A DNA stretch of 63,967 nucleotides, the filler included, from Hyphochytrium catenoides (lineage: Eukaryota > Protista > Hyphochytriomycota): the NCBI GenBank assembly GCA_900088475.1. It is 11 parts of 11 records of this genome, joined end to end, with 100 filler letters (N's around TTAATTAATTAA, not from the genome) between each part and the next. Parts side by side here need not be neighbours in the genome. Positions count along the whole stretch, not along the records: positions 21,983 to 25,369 come from FLMG01000525.1; positions 25,470 to 30,541 come from FLMG01002759.1; positions 30,642 to 33,988 come from FLMG01001868.1; positions 34,089 to 35,548 come from FLMG01000946.1; positions 35,649 to 36,931 come from FLMG01004303.1; positions 37,032 to 40,889 come from FLMG01003508.1; 5 more parts are not named here. One strand, given 5' to 3'. Shown piece after piece: positions 25,328-37,231 of this stretch (positions are counted from its first letter, which is position 1; each line of letters starts with the position of its first letter). The notes under the pieces were generated by a model, which worked only from the letters and a program-made list of their open reading frames with translations, made no database searches and was not told where the DNA came from. Position numbers and translations under genes: made by a program.

Positions 25328-28300
25328 CTGAGAGTTCAATTTGTCATGCCGCCGCTGCTGTCCTTTTCTNNNNNNNNNNNNNNNNNNNNNNNNNNNNNNN
25401 NNNNNNNNNNNNNTTAATTAATTAANNNNNNNNNNNNNNNNNNNNNNNNNNNNNNNNNNNNNNNNNNNNTTTCCCCTTTCATTTGTTTCGGCGATTCGTC
25501 CTTGTAGGGTTAATAATGACATATGTTTTGCTCGAGTGCCCATCCTCAAGAAGGATCTTACTCATTAAACCTTCTACATTGATTAAAGTGAGCTGAGATG
25601 ATGAAGGGAATGCATAGAGGCCTATGAAGCGGTGGCCGCCAGGAAAGAGTAAGGAAGAAACGCCGCGCTTTATCTGTTTCTCGTTGTTATTCTTGCGGGT
25701 TATGTGCGGTTGTCCTCCTCTTCTTCTTATGAGAGCCTGAGCACTCCTCATTCTCACTGTTCCGTTGTTGCATCATCGCCATGCATAGAGATCTCTCATC
25801 GACAGCTGCTGGCAAGTTTCAAGACCTCCGACAAAATGCAAAGCCGCGGATCGCAAGCCGAGCATAGCTAGACAGCCCGGTAGTTGACGGCGTGACAGTT
25901 CATTGCTGATTAGGCTGATTAGGCGTACATCATACTTTACTTCGGTAGATCAATGCCGCTGCAGCTGCTGCCCAGCTGGAGAAACCTTCTTTTTACCTGA
26001 CAGCAGGCCATAGCTGTCCCTTCTTGGCGTCAGGTGTTCCGCTGACCAGTTCTCAGTGTGCCCAAGGAGTCTAAACGCCAGTCGCTAAGCTGGCATATAA
26101 CTAGCGAGATAGTTCTATCCTTGAGAGGCTTTTGCTCCGTGATGACGAATGAACCAAAGGTCAGTGGAGGCAAGGCTTCCTTCTACAAGCAGCACTATGT
26201 AGCTCACGACCAAAGGAGAATAAGGAAGAGCCAGAAGACGAATAAACAATGACCAGAGGAAGAAATGCCCAGAGTGAGACCTAAGAAGGTGTCCAATGGA
26301 AGATCCGGAAGGTGATGATGATGGGTTGCTGCGGTGAGTCTGTGGCTACCATGGTCGGTGGCCTACTACTACAAAGGATCCACTGTATGGGTCACGGAGT
26401 AAGAATAAACCCTAGAAGGTGAGGCCTTTCTGGCAGAAGACTACTTGTTCTCATCAATGATGATTCGCATGCTTCACTAACAGCAGGGAAGCTCAATTAG
26501 TAAGCCTCCGTCCTCTATGGGTTCCGCCATCATGTCTGAAGATGCTGAAGTGCGCCATTGAACAGCAGAAGATGATGGGTCATCACTATTGTCCGTGTAG
26601 CATGGAGCGTGGCTGGCATTCTTATATATGGTCTTTGTGTTGCCCTTAACTAGCTTAGGTTAGGAGAGCTAGATAAAGTAGGTCAATGTGAGTTGTTCTT
26701 ATAAGAAAGGGATAGAAGTAAGCAGAACGAGCTACTGTCTCAATTCTCTGCGTTATGAGAGGATAATAAGTGGTTCTTGAGATGATATCTGTGGTGGTCG
26801 GTAACACTGCTGCCTGGTCACCATCATCATCTACCTTTCTCTCAAGCAGCTTTGCTGCTGGTACTGGACCGATCTTGCTGGTCTACTTCTTCACAAGCTT
26901 GCTATTATCATCTCAACATCTTCTTCTAATACACTGTTATGGCTGTCAGTGCTGCTTCCTGCTGCTGCTGGTATGGGCTTACCCAATGTGCCTGTTGGCG
27001 ACACAATGATAGAAGTCCGTCATAGGTAACCTGTTTCTCCTGTCGCATACTTCGTTCACATCATCATCTTCGACTCGACGGATCCGCCTGGTGCCATGAC
27101 GGAGGAGGAGGATGAGCAGCAAGGAATGAAGGCATCATCAGCTGCATTCTTCTTCTGATCAACACGAAGAAGAAGACGAAGGAGGGAGGAAGCTGATTGT
27201 TGAGAGCCATGAAGAAGCGGGCTTTGAACATTGACAAAAGGGAAAGAAAGGCCAAGGAAGACGAGGAAGGAAGAGAAAGCCAGTTCCCTACTGCTAAGGA
27301 AACGGACAGAGAAGACAGCCAAGGGCGGAATAAACCCAACAGTCCTTTCTTAACATGGCGACACTGAACCAGGAATCGTCGCAATAAAGACCCTACCATT
27401 GGGTTCGAGGGCTCTATATGAATATAAGAGCTAGGCTTTCTAAGGTAATGTGTATGGCTAGGTAGGGAGAAGCTGACCTAAGATTAGCGCTTCAAGAAGT
27501 GTAAGGAGGGGGGACCAGAGGGGAATAACTTTTTGTGGGAGAAAGATAGGAAGATCAAGGAAGATCGCGGCCTGCCTCTTCCCTTCCTGGCCTCGCCTTG
27601 TCCATAGATAACATGGGCATCGCGCTCATCGCAGACCCATCATCATCGTCAACTCAAGAAGATGCTACGCTCCTACCCTCTTCTTCTTTCTTACCTCCTT
27701 CTCTCCTCACCTCCTCCCACCCTCGTCATCATCTACCATCAGCACCAGCAGGCGCTATAGCACTAACTCTGCTGTTCTGAATGAAGCTCCTCGTCTCTTC
27801 GGACGTGTTGAGGACACGATCTACCGAGATGAAGCGATGACTCTATCGGGATCTGTGGGGAGAGGGAAGAAAAATGAGGAAAGAAGTCGGACTGTGCAAA
27901 AAAGAACAAAGTTGTTGAAAGTTGTTGAAGGATCGCCTCGCCCAATTTATCCATGATGGCGCCTTCTCCTGATAAACTGAAGATGGAGATAAGAAACGGA
28001 AGAAGAAGGAAAGAGAACTCTTCATGATCATGTCAAGGTCGGAAGAAGCAACATCACCAGGACCAGCGCAGCACGATGACTGCGCTCCTTGTCCATCCCT
28101 GATCTTATGACCATCGCAGAGGGAATAACCACAAACACTCTCCCTCCCAGTTTATTAGTAGCAAGATGGCCCCCCAGACATCTTGGTAGACGGAAGGACT
28201 CTGAAGAAGTGAACGGCCTCATCTCTTCAATAAATGAGGAGGACGAGCGCAGTCTTCTAAGCGGTCTGAATAAATGCGATGGTCCAAAGCGGGTAGAAGA

Positions 28301-28827
28301 TCACATTGACATCACGTCGAGATATTAGCATTGTCTTTCATCATAAGTGGAAGTAGCTATGCATGATGACAACTAAGACTTGAGTTCTATTGCTAAAGAT
28401 GCTCATAGCTGTTCGAAAGGAGAGAAGGGGACGAGACGCCGTGATGCAAAGGAGATAATGGTGGGACATGATAGAGCTAATCTATAAGCTGAAGTGCAAG
28501 TTATTCTCCTCCCCAGCTACGTAACAGAAGGACCAAGATTAGCCTTCAAAAGGTAGCTATAGGGTCTGAGAAGTTTGAACGCTAGTAGTCCTACAGTTCG
28601 TTCTGTCTCTTCTTCTTAGCTGACGCCACCAACTTCTTTCGTAGAGCTATTGGGTTCTTCGTAAATCTTCTGCCTTCGTCCCTTGGTTAGTAACGGCGCT
28701 CTTCTGCGGAGGAACCTCACAACATAACTTTCCGGCGCTCAAGCAACCCACCCCGCGGACAACCCAACGGACGAAGGCCACAAAGTCTCGATCGTTCAAT
28801 AAGGTAGTACCCATCCACCACGCGACG

Positions 28828-29718
28828 ATGGTCTCAACACGCAACGCTTTCTTTGCTCTGCTCGTGGCCTTCTTGGCGGGTGGCGTCAGGTCAGAAGACC
28901 AGCAAGCGGCCGTAATCAATCCACAGGATGTGGTCCCTAAGAAAATCGTAGGACCGAATGACCTTGTTGTCGTCAAGGCTGACGGTAGCAATGTGCCAGC
29001 TAAATTTGCTACTGGACTGAAGGCCTATGGATACCTGTCAATGGGTTGCACTGTCACACATATTGGCAATGGCCTTGCCCTTACTGCTGGGCATTGCTTC
29101 CTAGACCAGGGACAGAAAGTACGTGACAAGAGCTGTGCCGGAACCACAGTGAAGTGGGGTTACTTCGCAGACAAGGCTCCGTATCTCACTGGAAACTGCG
29201 TGAAGATTCTTGCTGGCGAGCTGAGCAGCAGCAGAGACTACGCTATCATTTCCGTGAATCCTCGGCCTGCTGCATCCATTGGCATTGATGCGCGTGCACG
29301 GTCTGCGGATAACACTCTTCTCACCATGTTTGGTCATCCCAATGGTCGCCCCCTCGAATGGTCCCAATACTGCCGCCTGGAGTCAACCAGCACTGATGCA
29401 GGAAACCTTCCAGGCTCTGGCCAGTTTGGGCACCAGTGTGATACCGAGCCAGGCAACAGTGGTAGCAGCATTCTCGCAGATAACTCCAATCTCATCATTG
29501 GCATTCACGACGGTGGCGCCCATCAGACCCCAGATGGCACCTGGAACTACGGTACCTACCTCTCAGACACCCCTATCCTCGAGTTTGTTGGACGGGACTC
29601 GGGTCCTGGTGCTCCTACTCCATCTCCTTCATCGGCACCCACTCCGGCACCCACCAATCCCCCATCTACATGCCGCTACTCACCCTGGATCTGCTGTACT
29701 TTCTTCGGTGAGTGTTAG
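28828..29718 (+). CDS. Secreted trypsin-like (S1, V8/bacterial-type) serine protease, intronless
   Basis: Signal peptide; triad motifs LALTAGHC (His), RDYAII (Asp) and CDTEPGNSGS (Ser); IIGIHDGG; P/T/S linker and short Cys-rich tail. Confidence 0.92.
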   Translation: MVSTRNAFFALLVAFLAGGVRSEDQQAAVINPQDVVPKKIVGPNDLVVVKADGSNVPAKFATGLKAYGYLSMGCTVTHIGNGLALTAGHCFLDQGQKVRDKSCAGTTVKWGYFADKAPYLTGNCVKILAGELSSSRDYAIISVNPRPAASIGIDARARSADNTLLTMFGHPNGRPLEWSQYCRLESTSTDAGNLPGSGQFGHQCDTEPGNSGSSILADNSNLIIGIHDGGAHQTPDGTWNYGTYLSDTPILEFVGRDSGPGAPTPSPSSAPTPAPTNPPSTCRYSPWICCTFFGEC

Positions 29719-30641
29719 AAGGGCACCCAGCAGGGCCGTCCGACTCTCTTTGGTATCCTACCCATTAAACAAGCCGCTGTCAGGAAAGTATATGCCCTCC
29801 ATGGTTGTGGCATTGCTGGCATTGTCTCGTAGCGTGAAAGTGGCCTCTTGTTCCTTCGCTTCGTCCGTTCTCCCCTTCTACTCTGTGACAGAGCAGCGGG
29901 TCAGTTACTTCTTGTTTGTCGCATCACCATTTGATATCGCTCGCTCCATAAATCTCAGTTCCTCAAATAAAGAACATCATCTTATTACTATGTCAACTTG
30001 CACATTTTGTGAGTATAAGGGTAACTCTTAGAGTAGCACGTGACCTTGAAGCCTTCAATTCAGAAGCATTGGTACAAAGGGAGGCGGGGGAGCCCTGTTA
30101 TGTCTGTGATTGTAACAGGACACAGCTAGTGGGCGCTCGGCTCAGCATCGTTGACTGTCCCCCAGTCGAAGAGGAAAAGATTGCGATGTTGAAGGACGAC
30201 GCATTTTGGCTAGGAGGCTACGCACGCAACTGCAGGTGTCCTTATTAGGTGGTGCCATTCATTGCTGGACCAATGACTCATCGACCGCCCGATAGTAGCC
30301 CTACTATAGCGGCTACGTAATGATCGTGACACGCGCAATTTGTGCCATCTCAACCGATCTACTTCACCGGGAACCGAAGGAAGAAAGACGAAGTCCGCAG
30401 GCCGATGAAGGAATGATCAGAGATGAGAAGCTAGCCTCCAGACCGATCTGAGGATCTTCACATATCGCTCAGCTGATAGATCTAGTAGTAGATGACGGGC
30501 GACGCCCTGGTGACTTGACCATTGAGGGATACGAGCCTGGCNNNNNNNNNNNNNNNNNNNNNNNNNNNNNNNNNNNNNNNNNNNNTTAATTAATTAANNN
30601 NNNNNNNNNNNNNNNNNNNNNNNNNNNNNNNNNNNNNNNNN

Positions 30642-30686
30642 TATTTGCCGATATTATCGGTTAACCGATACCGATGTGCAACCCTA
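30642..30686. mobile_element. Single terminus of a probable hAT-type DNA transposon at a scaffold edge
   Basis: Reverse complement reads TAGGGTTGCACATCGGTATCGGTTAACCGATAATATCGG, a TAGGG-type end followed by repeated ATCGG/CCGAT subterminal motifs. The partner end is not in view. Confidence 0.45.
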
Positions 30687-31228
30687 AACGAGACCGTTCT
30701 GCTTCATCTATTGATGATGATGACGCCACCCGTCCACCATCATTGTCATCAACGTCGATGAACGTTACTGGTTCCATGATTTCTGAAAGGACAGTGTTCT
30801 CTGGAGTGAAGTGAGCACCTTGTTGTTTATAATGGATTTTTTGCCTTTAACCAAAACAATGCAACCCTTACCTTGGACCTACGCATTACAGTACGAGTAG
30901 TCGAACACGACGAAGAACTTCTGTAATGGGACGAAACATACTACTACACTTAAAGGGCTTAAATCGCCACAGCGAACTTCCAGTATATCCGGCACCCTTC
31001 AACAGGCTCCAAAAAGGTCCAGTACGGTCCAGCAGGCTCCAGCAAGTAGGTACAGCGCGCTCCAGCTCTTACAGGACGTTCGGATCTTTTGTCAAAGAAG
31101 CTTGGAACTGGCCCCGCCTCTTCGCGCCTTGAACGGCAATATTCACCCACACAATGCTCTGTTCAGAAGGAGTTCTTCTCTGAATAACAAAAAAAGTGAG
31201 CTGGTGTAGTTCTTTAGGAGTAGCTAGG

Positions 31229-33020
31229 ATGAGCGCCCTCATGAGCTTTGACGGGGATTATGGACATCAACTACCTGACAGATCATTCGTAGCAGAGCGA
31301 CTCTGAAAACAAGCAGATCTCCACCAGCACTGGCTCCTCACGGTGGTATGGAAGCTGCGAATCGCGCCAAAACTGCTTGATCTTCTCTGCAAGGTAGCCT
31401 GGAATCCTATCTTGAGAGGTCAACGTATACAAGCAGTGCTCTACTAGAGCGTCCCTCTGACTCCAGAAGGGGGCTGCGTCCCCATTGGGCCAGATCGTTG
31501 TCTGTACGCAGACGGCTGCAGCCTTGTTTGGGTCATCAGCCTTGGTGGTGGCGTGATCAGCTTCCAACAGCACACTCCGCACAGTTTCCAAGAGCCAGGT
31601 CGTGGCATTTTCAAAGGGACCATGCAGAAGAATCAGGAGCAGGTTCAAACAATCCAGGGACCTGAAACTCAAAGTGTGACAGGAACACCACTCTCTCAAG
31701 ACGACATTCACTATTTATCTTATCTATTGAACCATGAAGATCATATGATGGCGTCTGGTAGCACCACGACCGCCATGCCACAGTCCTGGGATGTGCATGA
31801 GGCCAATCGAACTGGAATAGATTACGGCGGTCAAGGATGCGTTAGTCGCGGCATTGGTTTTGCAATTCCCGGATCGTATTGTAGAATGAGTCCTTAGTGA
31901 GAGGCTGGCGCCTAAGCAATCAAAGAATTTCCATAACGTCCTGCTGTCCACTTTCTCCCTGTATAACATCGTTTGTATACGGCACGATAGTTCAAGAAGA
32001 TACTGAGTGTTGGTCGCACGTACGAGTTTGTCCTTCTCAACGTCGTTGATGTCTTTCCAAGTACGCGTATTCCTTTCTGCTAGACAATAAAGAAGCAGTC
32101 ATGGTGGCTCTTTGCTTTGACTACTTGTTTAGCAAGTCAATCGAGGTACCGCAAGAGCAAGTGGAGTAGTGGGTGCAAGAATACGGCTAGCACTTTGAGG
32201 CTAGCCAACGCTTCTGGGAAGACTATCCTGGTGTCTTTCCTTTCTGTTAGACAATAGAGAAGCAGTCATGGTGGCTCTTTGCTTTGACTACTTGTTTAGC
32301 AAGTCCATTGGGGTGCCACAGGAGCAAGTCGAGTATTGGGTGCAAGAATATGGCTACCACTTTGAGTCCAGCCGACGCTTCTGGGAAGATTATCCCGGAG
32401 CCTTTAAAGCCAGAGATGGCACCTATAGACTCAAAATGCGCCCGTTGACTCTCCTAACCGACGGTGGCTCCGAGTTTGTTAACAAATACATGGATCGCAT
32501 CTGTAGAAAGTATAATGTCCACCAACAGACAACCTTTGTGGATCGGTCACTCGGGATTGTCGAGAACGGCTCAATCAAGGCCAAGCTCGCAGCTGTAGAC
32601 TGGGATGTCTCACTTTTGGATGACATTCTTGACATCTACAATCACGATACCATTCACAGCACCACCCGCTTTACTCCTGCCGAGGTGCACTTTGCACTTA
32701 TTGGTGGCAGCAGGGGTCAACTAGTCATAGCTTCAGTCTACGATCGTTTACTTTAGATCTACAAAAAGACGGTACCTATGGAGCAGACACCTTTAGAGCG
32801 CGGCGCGGTAGTGACCCTAAACGGTAGAGGTTACACCCTTTACTATATCAATCAGGTGCTCACAGAAGACATCATTCGAGCGGGCCACTCAATAACGAGA
32901 TATATTCTCCGAAAGTATGACACCGGTCAAATTTTAGCGCTTAGTAAGAACAACAAACTCTACGCTGCTAAGCTTTACCGGCATGAGCTCACCGTCATTA
33001 GCAACAGGGCTATCATCTAA
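31229..33020 (+). mobile_element. Decayed rve (DDE) integrase of Polinton/Maverick/PLV type; pseudogene with frameshifts, stops and an internal duplication
   Basis: YEFVLLNVVDVF[fs]KYAYSFLLDNKEAVMVALCF; PLTLLTDGGSEFVNKYMDRICRKYNVHQ; GIVE; DILDIYNHDTIHSTTRFTPAEV. In frame past the TAG at 32754 it continues to LERGAVVTL..YIL..KLYRHELTVI, resembling the Polinton integrase C-terminus. Putative first-Asp motif ERPHEL..MDINYL at ~31230-31277. Confidence 0.8.
32070..32405 (+). repeat. 167-bp tandem duplication inside the integrase
   Basis: Copies start at 32070 and 32237 (ATGs at 32101 and 32268); 18 of 55 codons differ. Confidence 0.95.
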
Positions 33021-33326
33021 GGTATAGCAAGCACAACAGGAAAAAAAACGATGGCGATAGCCGCTGCGACACTCCAATCTCAAGCTCAAGACAGAGTTCT
33101 TGGACGTCGAACGTTACTTTGTAGTGGATACTCTGTTGGTAATGGCAGGAAGTTTCGTAATTCGGCGCCGGTGATTGGACCGCTAGTCATCAGGACATTC
33201 CCGCTGGGCGCACTGATTGGTTAGTAATTAGATGAAAGCAACGCCCATTGGCTGCTTGTCAAGACATTATGTCCAACACCTAACCGTTAGCGAGTATCTG
33301 ATCCGTTACAGCAGGCATCACCAACA

Positions 33327-33792
33327 TCAGTATTGGGCCCTCAACAATACTATCACCTGGTGTTGCTTTTTTACAAACATCTCTTTGCATTGGTCAAGCC
33401 TTTTTTCTAGAACTGCAATAGTGCCCTCTAATTCCTCGACTCGGGCACGAAAATAATTTGTTGTTTAAAGTCAGGGATTCTTTTTTCTTTTGGTACACAG
33501 CCAGCTGGTTAATAATTTGTTCTTCCATCTTGTCGCTAACTTCGTCGAGCTCAAACTTTCTACCCTTTATCTTTGAGTTCAGAATCCGGGATTTGAGATG
33601 TGCTCGAACACTCGGAGGCATGAGCTCGAAGTAAGATTCGTAATGTGGGTTCCACCATCTTTCATCTTGCTCCTCCTGAGAGCTACTCTTACTGACATTC
33701 GAGGTGGTTGCACGACCATTATCGTTCATGTTTGGTTGTTCATGACCTCGTGTTGTGCCTTCATTGGCATCCGATTGGGTGTGAGCTTTCAT
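33327..33792 (-). pseudogene. Frameshifted intronless coiled-coil ORF of unknown family next to the integrase
   Basis: The ORF from ATG 33792 (..ELDEVSDKMEEQIINQLAVYQKKKESL) continues after a frameshift near 33460 as FRARVEELEGTIAVLEKRLDQCKEMF..QY*. The upstream tract is AT-rich. Confidence 0.45.
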
Positions 33793-34088
33793 GATTCTTA
33801 TAAAATCTATACATTACAGGCAGAAAAAAAGTTGTCATCCAAAAAAATTGCAAGTAGCCAGCAAAAAAATTTTGTCGGCAGCACTATTATATTTATTTTT
33901 TTTCTTTGAGTATCTTTCTTTCTGTTGAGAGGTCATATTTATTCTATCGCTACTAACAGACTAATTCTAGAAGAAGAAGAAAGAGAAGNNNNNNNNNNNN
34001 NNNNNNNNNNNNNNNNNNNNNNNNNNNNNNNNTTAATTAATTAANNNNNNNNNNNNNNNNNNNNNNNNNNNNNNNNNNNNNNNNNNNN

Positions 34089-34965
34089 CGACTCGTATAC
34101 AAAGTATATGAAAGGAGTCGTCAGAGAGAAGCAGAAGAACCAGAGAAAGGGGCTCAGAGTAGCCTTCAGGTGAGAGAGGGAGAGCGAAGAGCACTGATGG
34201 ATCGAAAGAGAGAAAGAGTCCGCAGCAGGGGAAGGAGAGAGAGACAGAGAGGGAGAGAGAAAAGGGTAAGAAAGAGTCCGCAGCGGGGGAAGGAGAGAGA
34301 GACAGAGAGGGAGAGAGAAAAGGGTAAGAGAGAATTGCGGTTATCTGGTGTCTCTAACCAATCCTCTCCTGCTCCTTTCTTCTCTTTCCTTTCGTTCCTT
34401 GCTCGCTCACTCTTGTTTCCCTTCTGCGCGTCTCCTCCTCTCCTTTTCTCTTTCCGTCTCTCTTCTCTCTCCATCCCTCGAAATCTCTGTCTACAGACTC
34501 CTCGCCGGAGAAGGGCGAGACTCGCTCACCGTCTACGACTGTTGGGACTTCTTTGCGGAGATGGGGAAGAACTATAACTTCTCTCACGTGTCTCGTGACA
34601 CTGTGGAGCTTGTCTTCAAGGCGCTGGACGATAATGGAGATGAGCAAGTGGCTTTCAATGAGTTCCGAGACCTTGTGGATGTGCTGCACTATCGCTTCAA
34701 CAGAATAGAGAAGAGAAGCTTCGTAGAGGTGAGGAGCAGAGAAGCCCGTCTGAGAAAGTAGAGGAGGCAAGTTGACGAAGGAATGTTGCTTGTGATGGCA
34801 AAAAGAGAAGAGAGAGAGAGAGGGCGCGAGGTAGAGAGTGGAAGACGCTAAGCAGAGACGAGCCGAGGAACGAGAGCGAGTAAGAAATGGCGAATATAGG
34901 AGGGGAAGTACATACAACATACAAGAAGTGAGGGCAGCAAAGGACGGCTTTGCCGAGTAATGATT

Positions 34966-35010
<45 letters not shown>

Positions 35011-35236
35011 TCTCTCCCTCTCTCTGTCTACTCCCTCTCTCTGTCTACTCTTTCTCTCTCTCTTCCTCTCTCTCTTCCTCTCTCTCTCTTTTTCTCCCTC
35101 TCTCTTCCTCTCTCTGTGTGTGTGTCTCTCTCTCTCTCCGCGTGGGCTTTAGAGAAACTTCCCGACGGTCTTCCACGCTCCGTGGTATCAACAGGTGGCA
35201 GTTTTCGTCAAGTCCAAATGGTTCGACAGGATCGTG
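34089..35236 (+). CDS. Two-pore channel (TPC1-like), three internal exons covering the EF-hand linker
   Basis: DSYTKYMKGVVREKQKNQRKGLRVAFR|LLAG..VELVFKALDDNGDEQVAFNEFRDLVDVLHYRF..RSFVE|RNFPTVFHAPWYQQVAVFVKSKWFDRIV matches the post-IS6 to EF-hand to IIS1 region of TPC1. Confidence 0.8.
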
Positions 35237-35649
35237 GTAAGCTTTTCCCTCTTTCTGCTGAGTATCTTTTCCTGTCTCGTCGTGGGTCGTGGAGGTTCTT
35301 CATTCTCCACCTGCACACGAGAAGTATCTCCACTTCCTTGGCGTTACGCTGTCTTTTCTCTCGACATTTTGTCTCTTTCAGTGCGTCCCTTCTCCACTCC
35401 TCGCGGGATCCCTCCGGATCTGGCTTTCTCTCTCTCTCTCTCTCTTTCACAATCTCCCCCTCTTTCTCTCTTTCTCTCTTCTCTTTCCTTTTCTCTTCTT
35501 CAGTGGCCTATCTTGGGGTAACCTTCTCTTGCATTATTCTCCTTTCTGNNNNNNNNNNNNNNNNNNNNNNNNNNNNNNNNNNNNNNNNNNNNTTAATTAA
35601 TTAANNNNNNNNNNNNNNNNNNNNNNNNNNNNNNNNNNNNNNNNNNNNG

Positions 35650-36208
35650 AGAGAGAGAGAGAGAGAGAGAATACGGGCGAAACATAGCAAAGAGAAAGAG
35701 AAAGAGAGCGAATGAGAGAGAGAACGAGAAAGAGAAGGGTGAGACAGAGACAGAGCCACGGAGAGAGAGAGCGGGGGGGAAAAGGGAGAGAGGGAAAAGG
35801 GAGATAAGAACGTTAAGTGAGAGAAATAAAAAGAGATAGGGAGAAGAGAGAGAGAGAGAATTTATTAAGAGGAGAGAGAGGAAGTCAAAAGAGAAGAGAG
35901 GAAGAGCATCAAGGGAGAAAGAGGCAAAGAAATACAGAGAAAGAAAGCAAACTGAGACAGGGGAGAGGAAAGAGAGAGAAAGAAAAGAAGGAGAAAGAGA
36001 CTTACTGAGAGCCACACCCGCGACACCCAACGCTACTAATAAAGGCCTGTCAAACACAGAGAGAGAGAGGAAAGAGGAAGGAAAGAGAGAAAAGAGAGAG
36101 AAGGTAGACGAGCAGGAGGGAAGGACGACGCACATTAGAGGATATTTAGATCAACACCAAGGTGCTTCTAAGGAAAATAAGAGAAAGAGGAGAGAGAGAG
36201 GGGGGTTT

Positions 36209-36242
<34 letters not shown>

Positions 36243-36251
36243 AGGGGTTTT

Positions 36252-36303
<52 letters not shown>

Positions 36304-36480
36304 AGAGAGAGAGGGAGAAAGAGAGAGAGAGAGAGGGAGAAAGAGAGAGAGAGAGGGAGGGGGCACGAGGGAGGGAAAGGGAAAAGAGTGAGATGAGAGA
36401 GTAAGAGTGGAGCAAGAGACTGCCTGCGAGGAAAAGAGGAGAGAAAGATGAGAGACAGAGAGAGAGAGAGAGTGAGAGAG
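35650..36480. repeat. Degenerate (GA)n/polypurine microsatellite tract
   Basis: Almost pure A/G on the + strand. Similar tracts at 25190-25325, 34970-35140, 54250-56070, 59415-59760, 60050-60195 and 62964-63967. Confidence 0.9.
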
Positions 36481-37231
36481 GTCAAGCGAGCGATAGGGGA
36501 GATAAAGCGAGTCACTCCCACCATGCCTCTCTCCTGTTGGAGAGATGGTACTCCCGGTAGCCCTGCTCCGCCTTCGCTCTCTTCTCTTCTTCTTTCTCTC
36601 TCTTTCTCTTCCCCCAGGAGAGACCCACGCCCTGGCCAAGCAGCGGACGGCGGATGGCCGGAGACAGAGCTCGGAAGGGGCTCAGTCCAAGCATTTGAGA
36701 AAAGAGAGAGCGAGAGACAAACAGAAAAGAAGAGAGAGAGACACCACCGAAGAGCAGCTTCTACTGTTTATATAGTGAATGTATGGGAATGGAGCAGTGG
36801 TCCAATGGAGAGAAGAACTTGGTGTGGGGCCGCCTAACGAGGGAGGAAGAAGCCAGGCAGCAGGGAAGAAAGCCTCCAGATGAAGAGCGGAAGTGCTGTC
36901 TGTTTGCTTTTGTCTCTCTCTCTCTCTCTCTNNNNNNNNNNNNNNNNNNNNNNNNNNNNNNNNNNNNNNNNNNNNTTAATTAATTAANNNNNNNNNNNNN
37001 NNNNNNNNNNNNNNNNNNNNNNNNNNNNNNNACTGCCTACCATCCACCCACTGCGTTTATAAAGAACAAAAGGTGCTTAGTACAGAGAGAGCAGTGGGGA
37101 GAAGGGCTGAGACGATCAGAGAGGGTTTAATGTAGATATAGCTCCTGGTAGGGGCAAGGAATGAGAAATGCGTTGTAGGTTAGACTGATAGGCTTACTAT
37201 CCTAAAGCGGTCCTAGAGGTAAGAGTGGCAA

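Noticed and set aside
25470-28640. Possible degenerate coding sequence upstream of the protease
   Set aside because: Only short, stop-riddled, low-complexity frames with no assignable family; the same applies to 7300-8400 and 19220-20010.
29279-30031. 250-aa ORF overlapping the protease
   Set aside because: Alternative frame with a non-ATG start, no motifs and low-complexity composition.
31283-31969. Two minus-strand ORFs (142 and 81 aa) in the integrase scaffold
   Set aside because: No recognisable motifs; better explained as antisense shadows of the decayed + strand integrase region.
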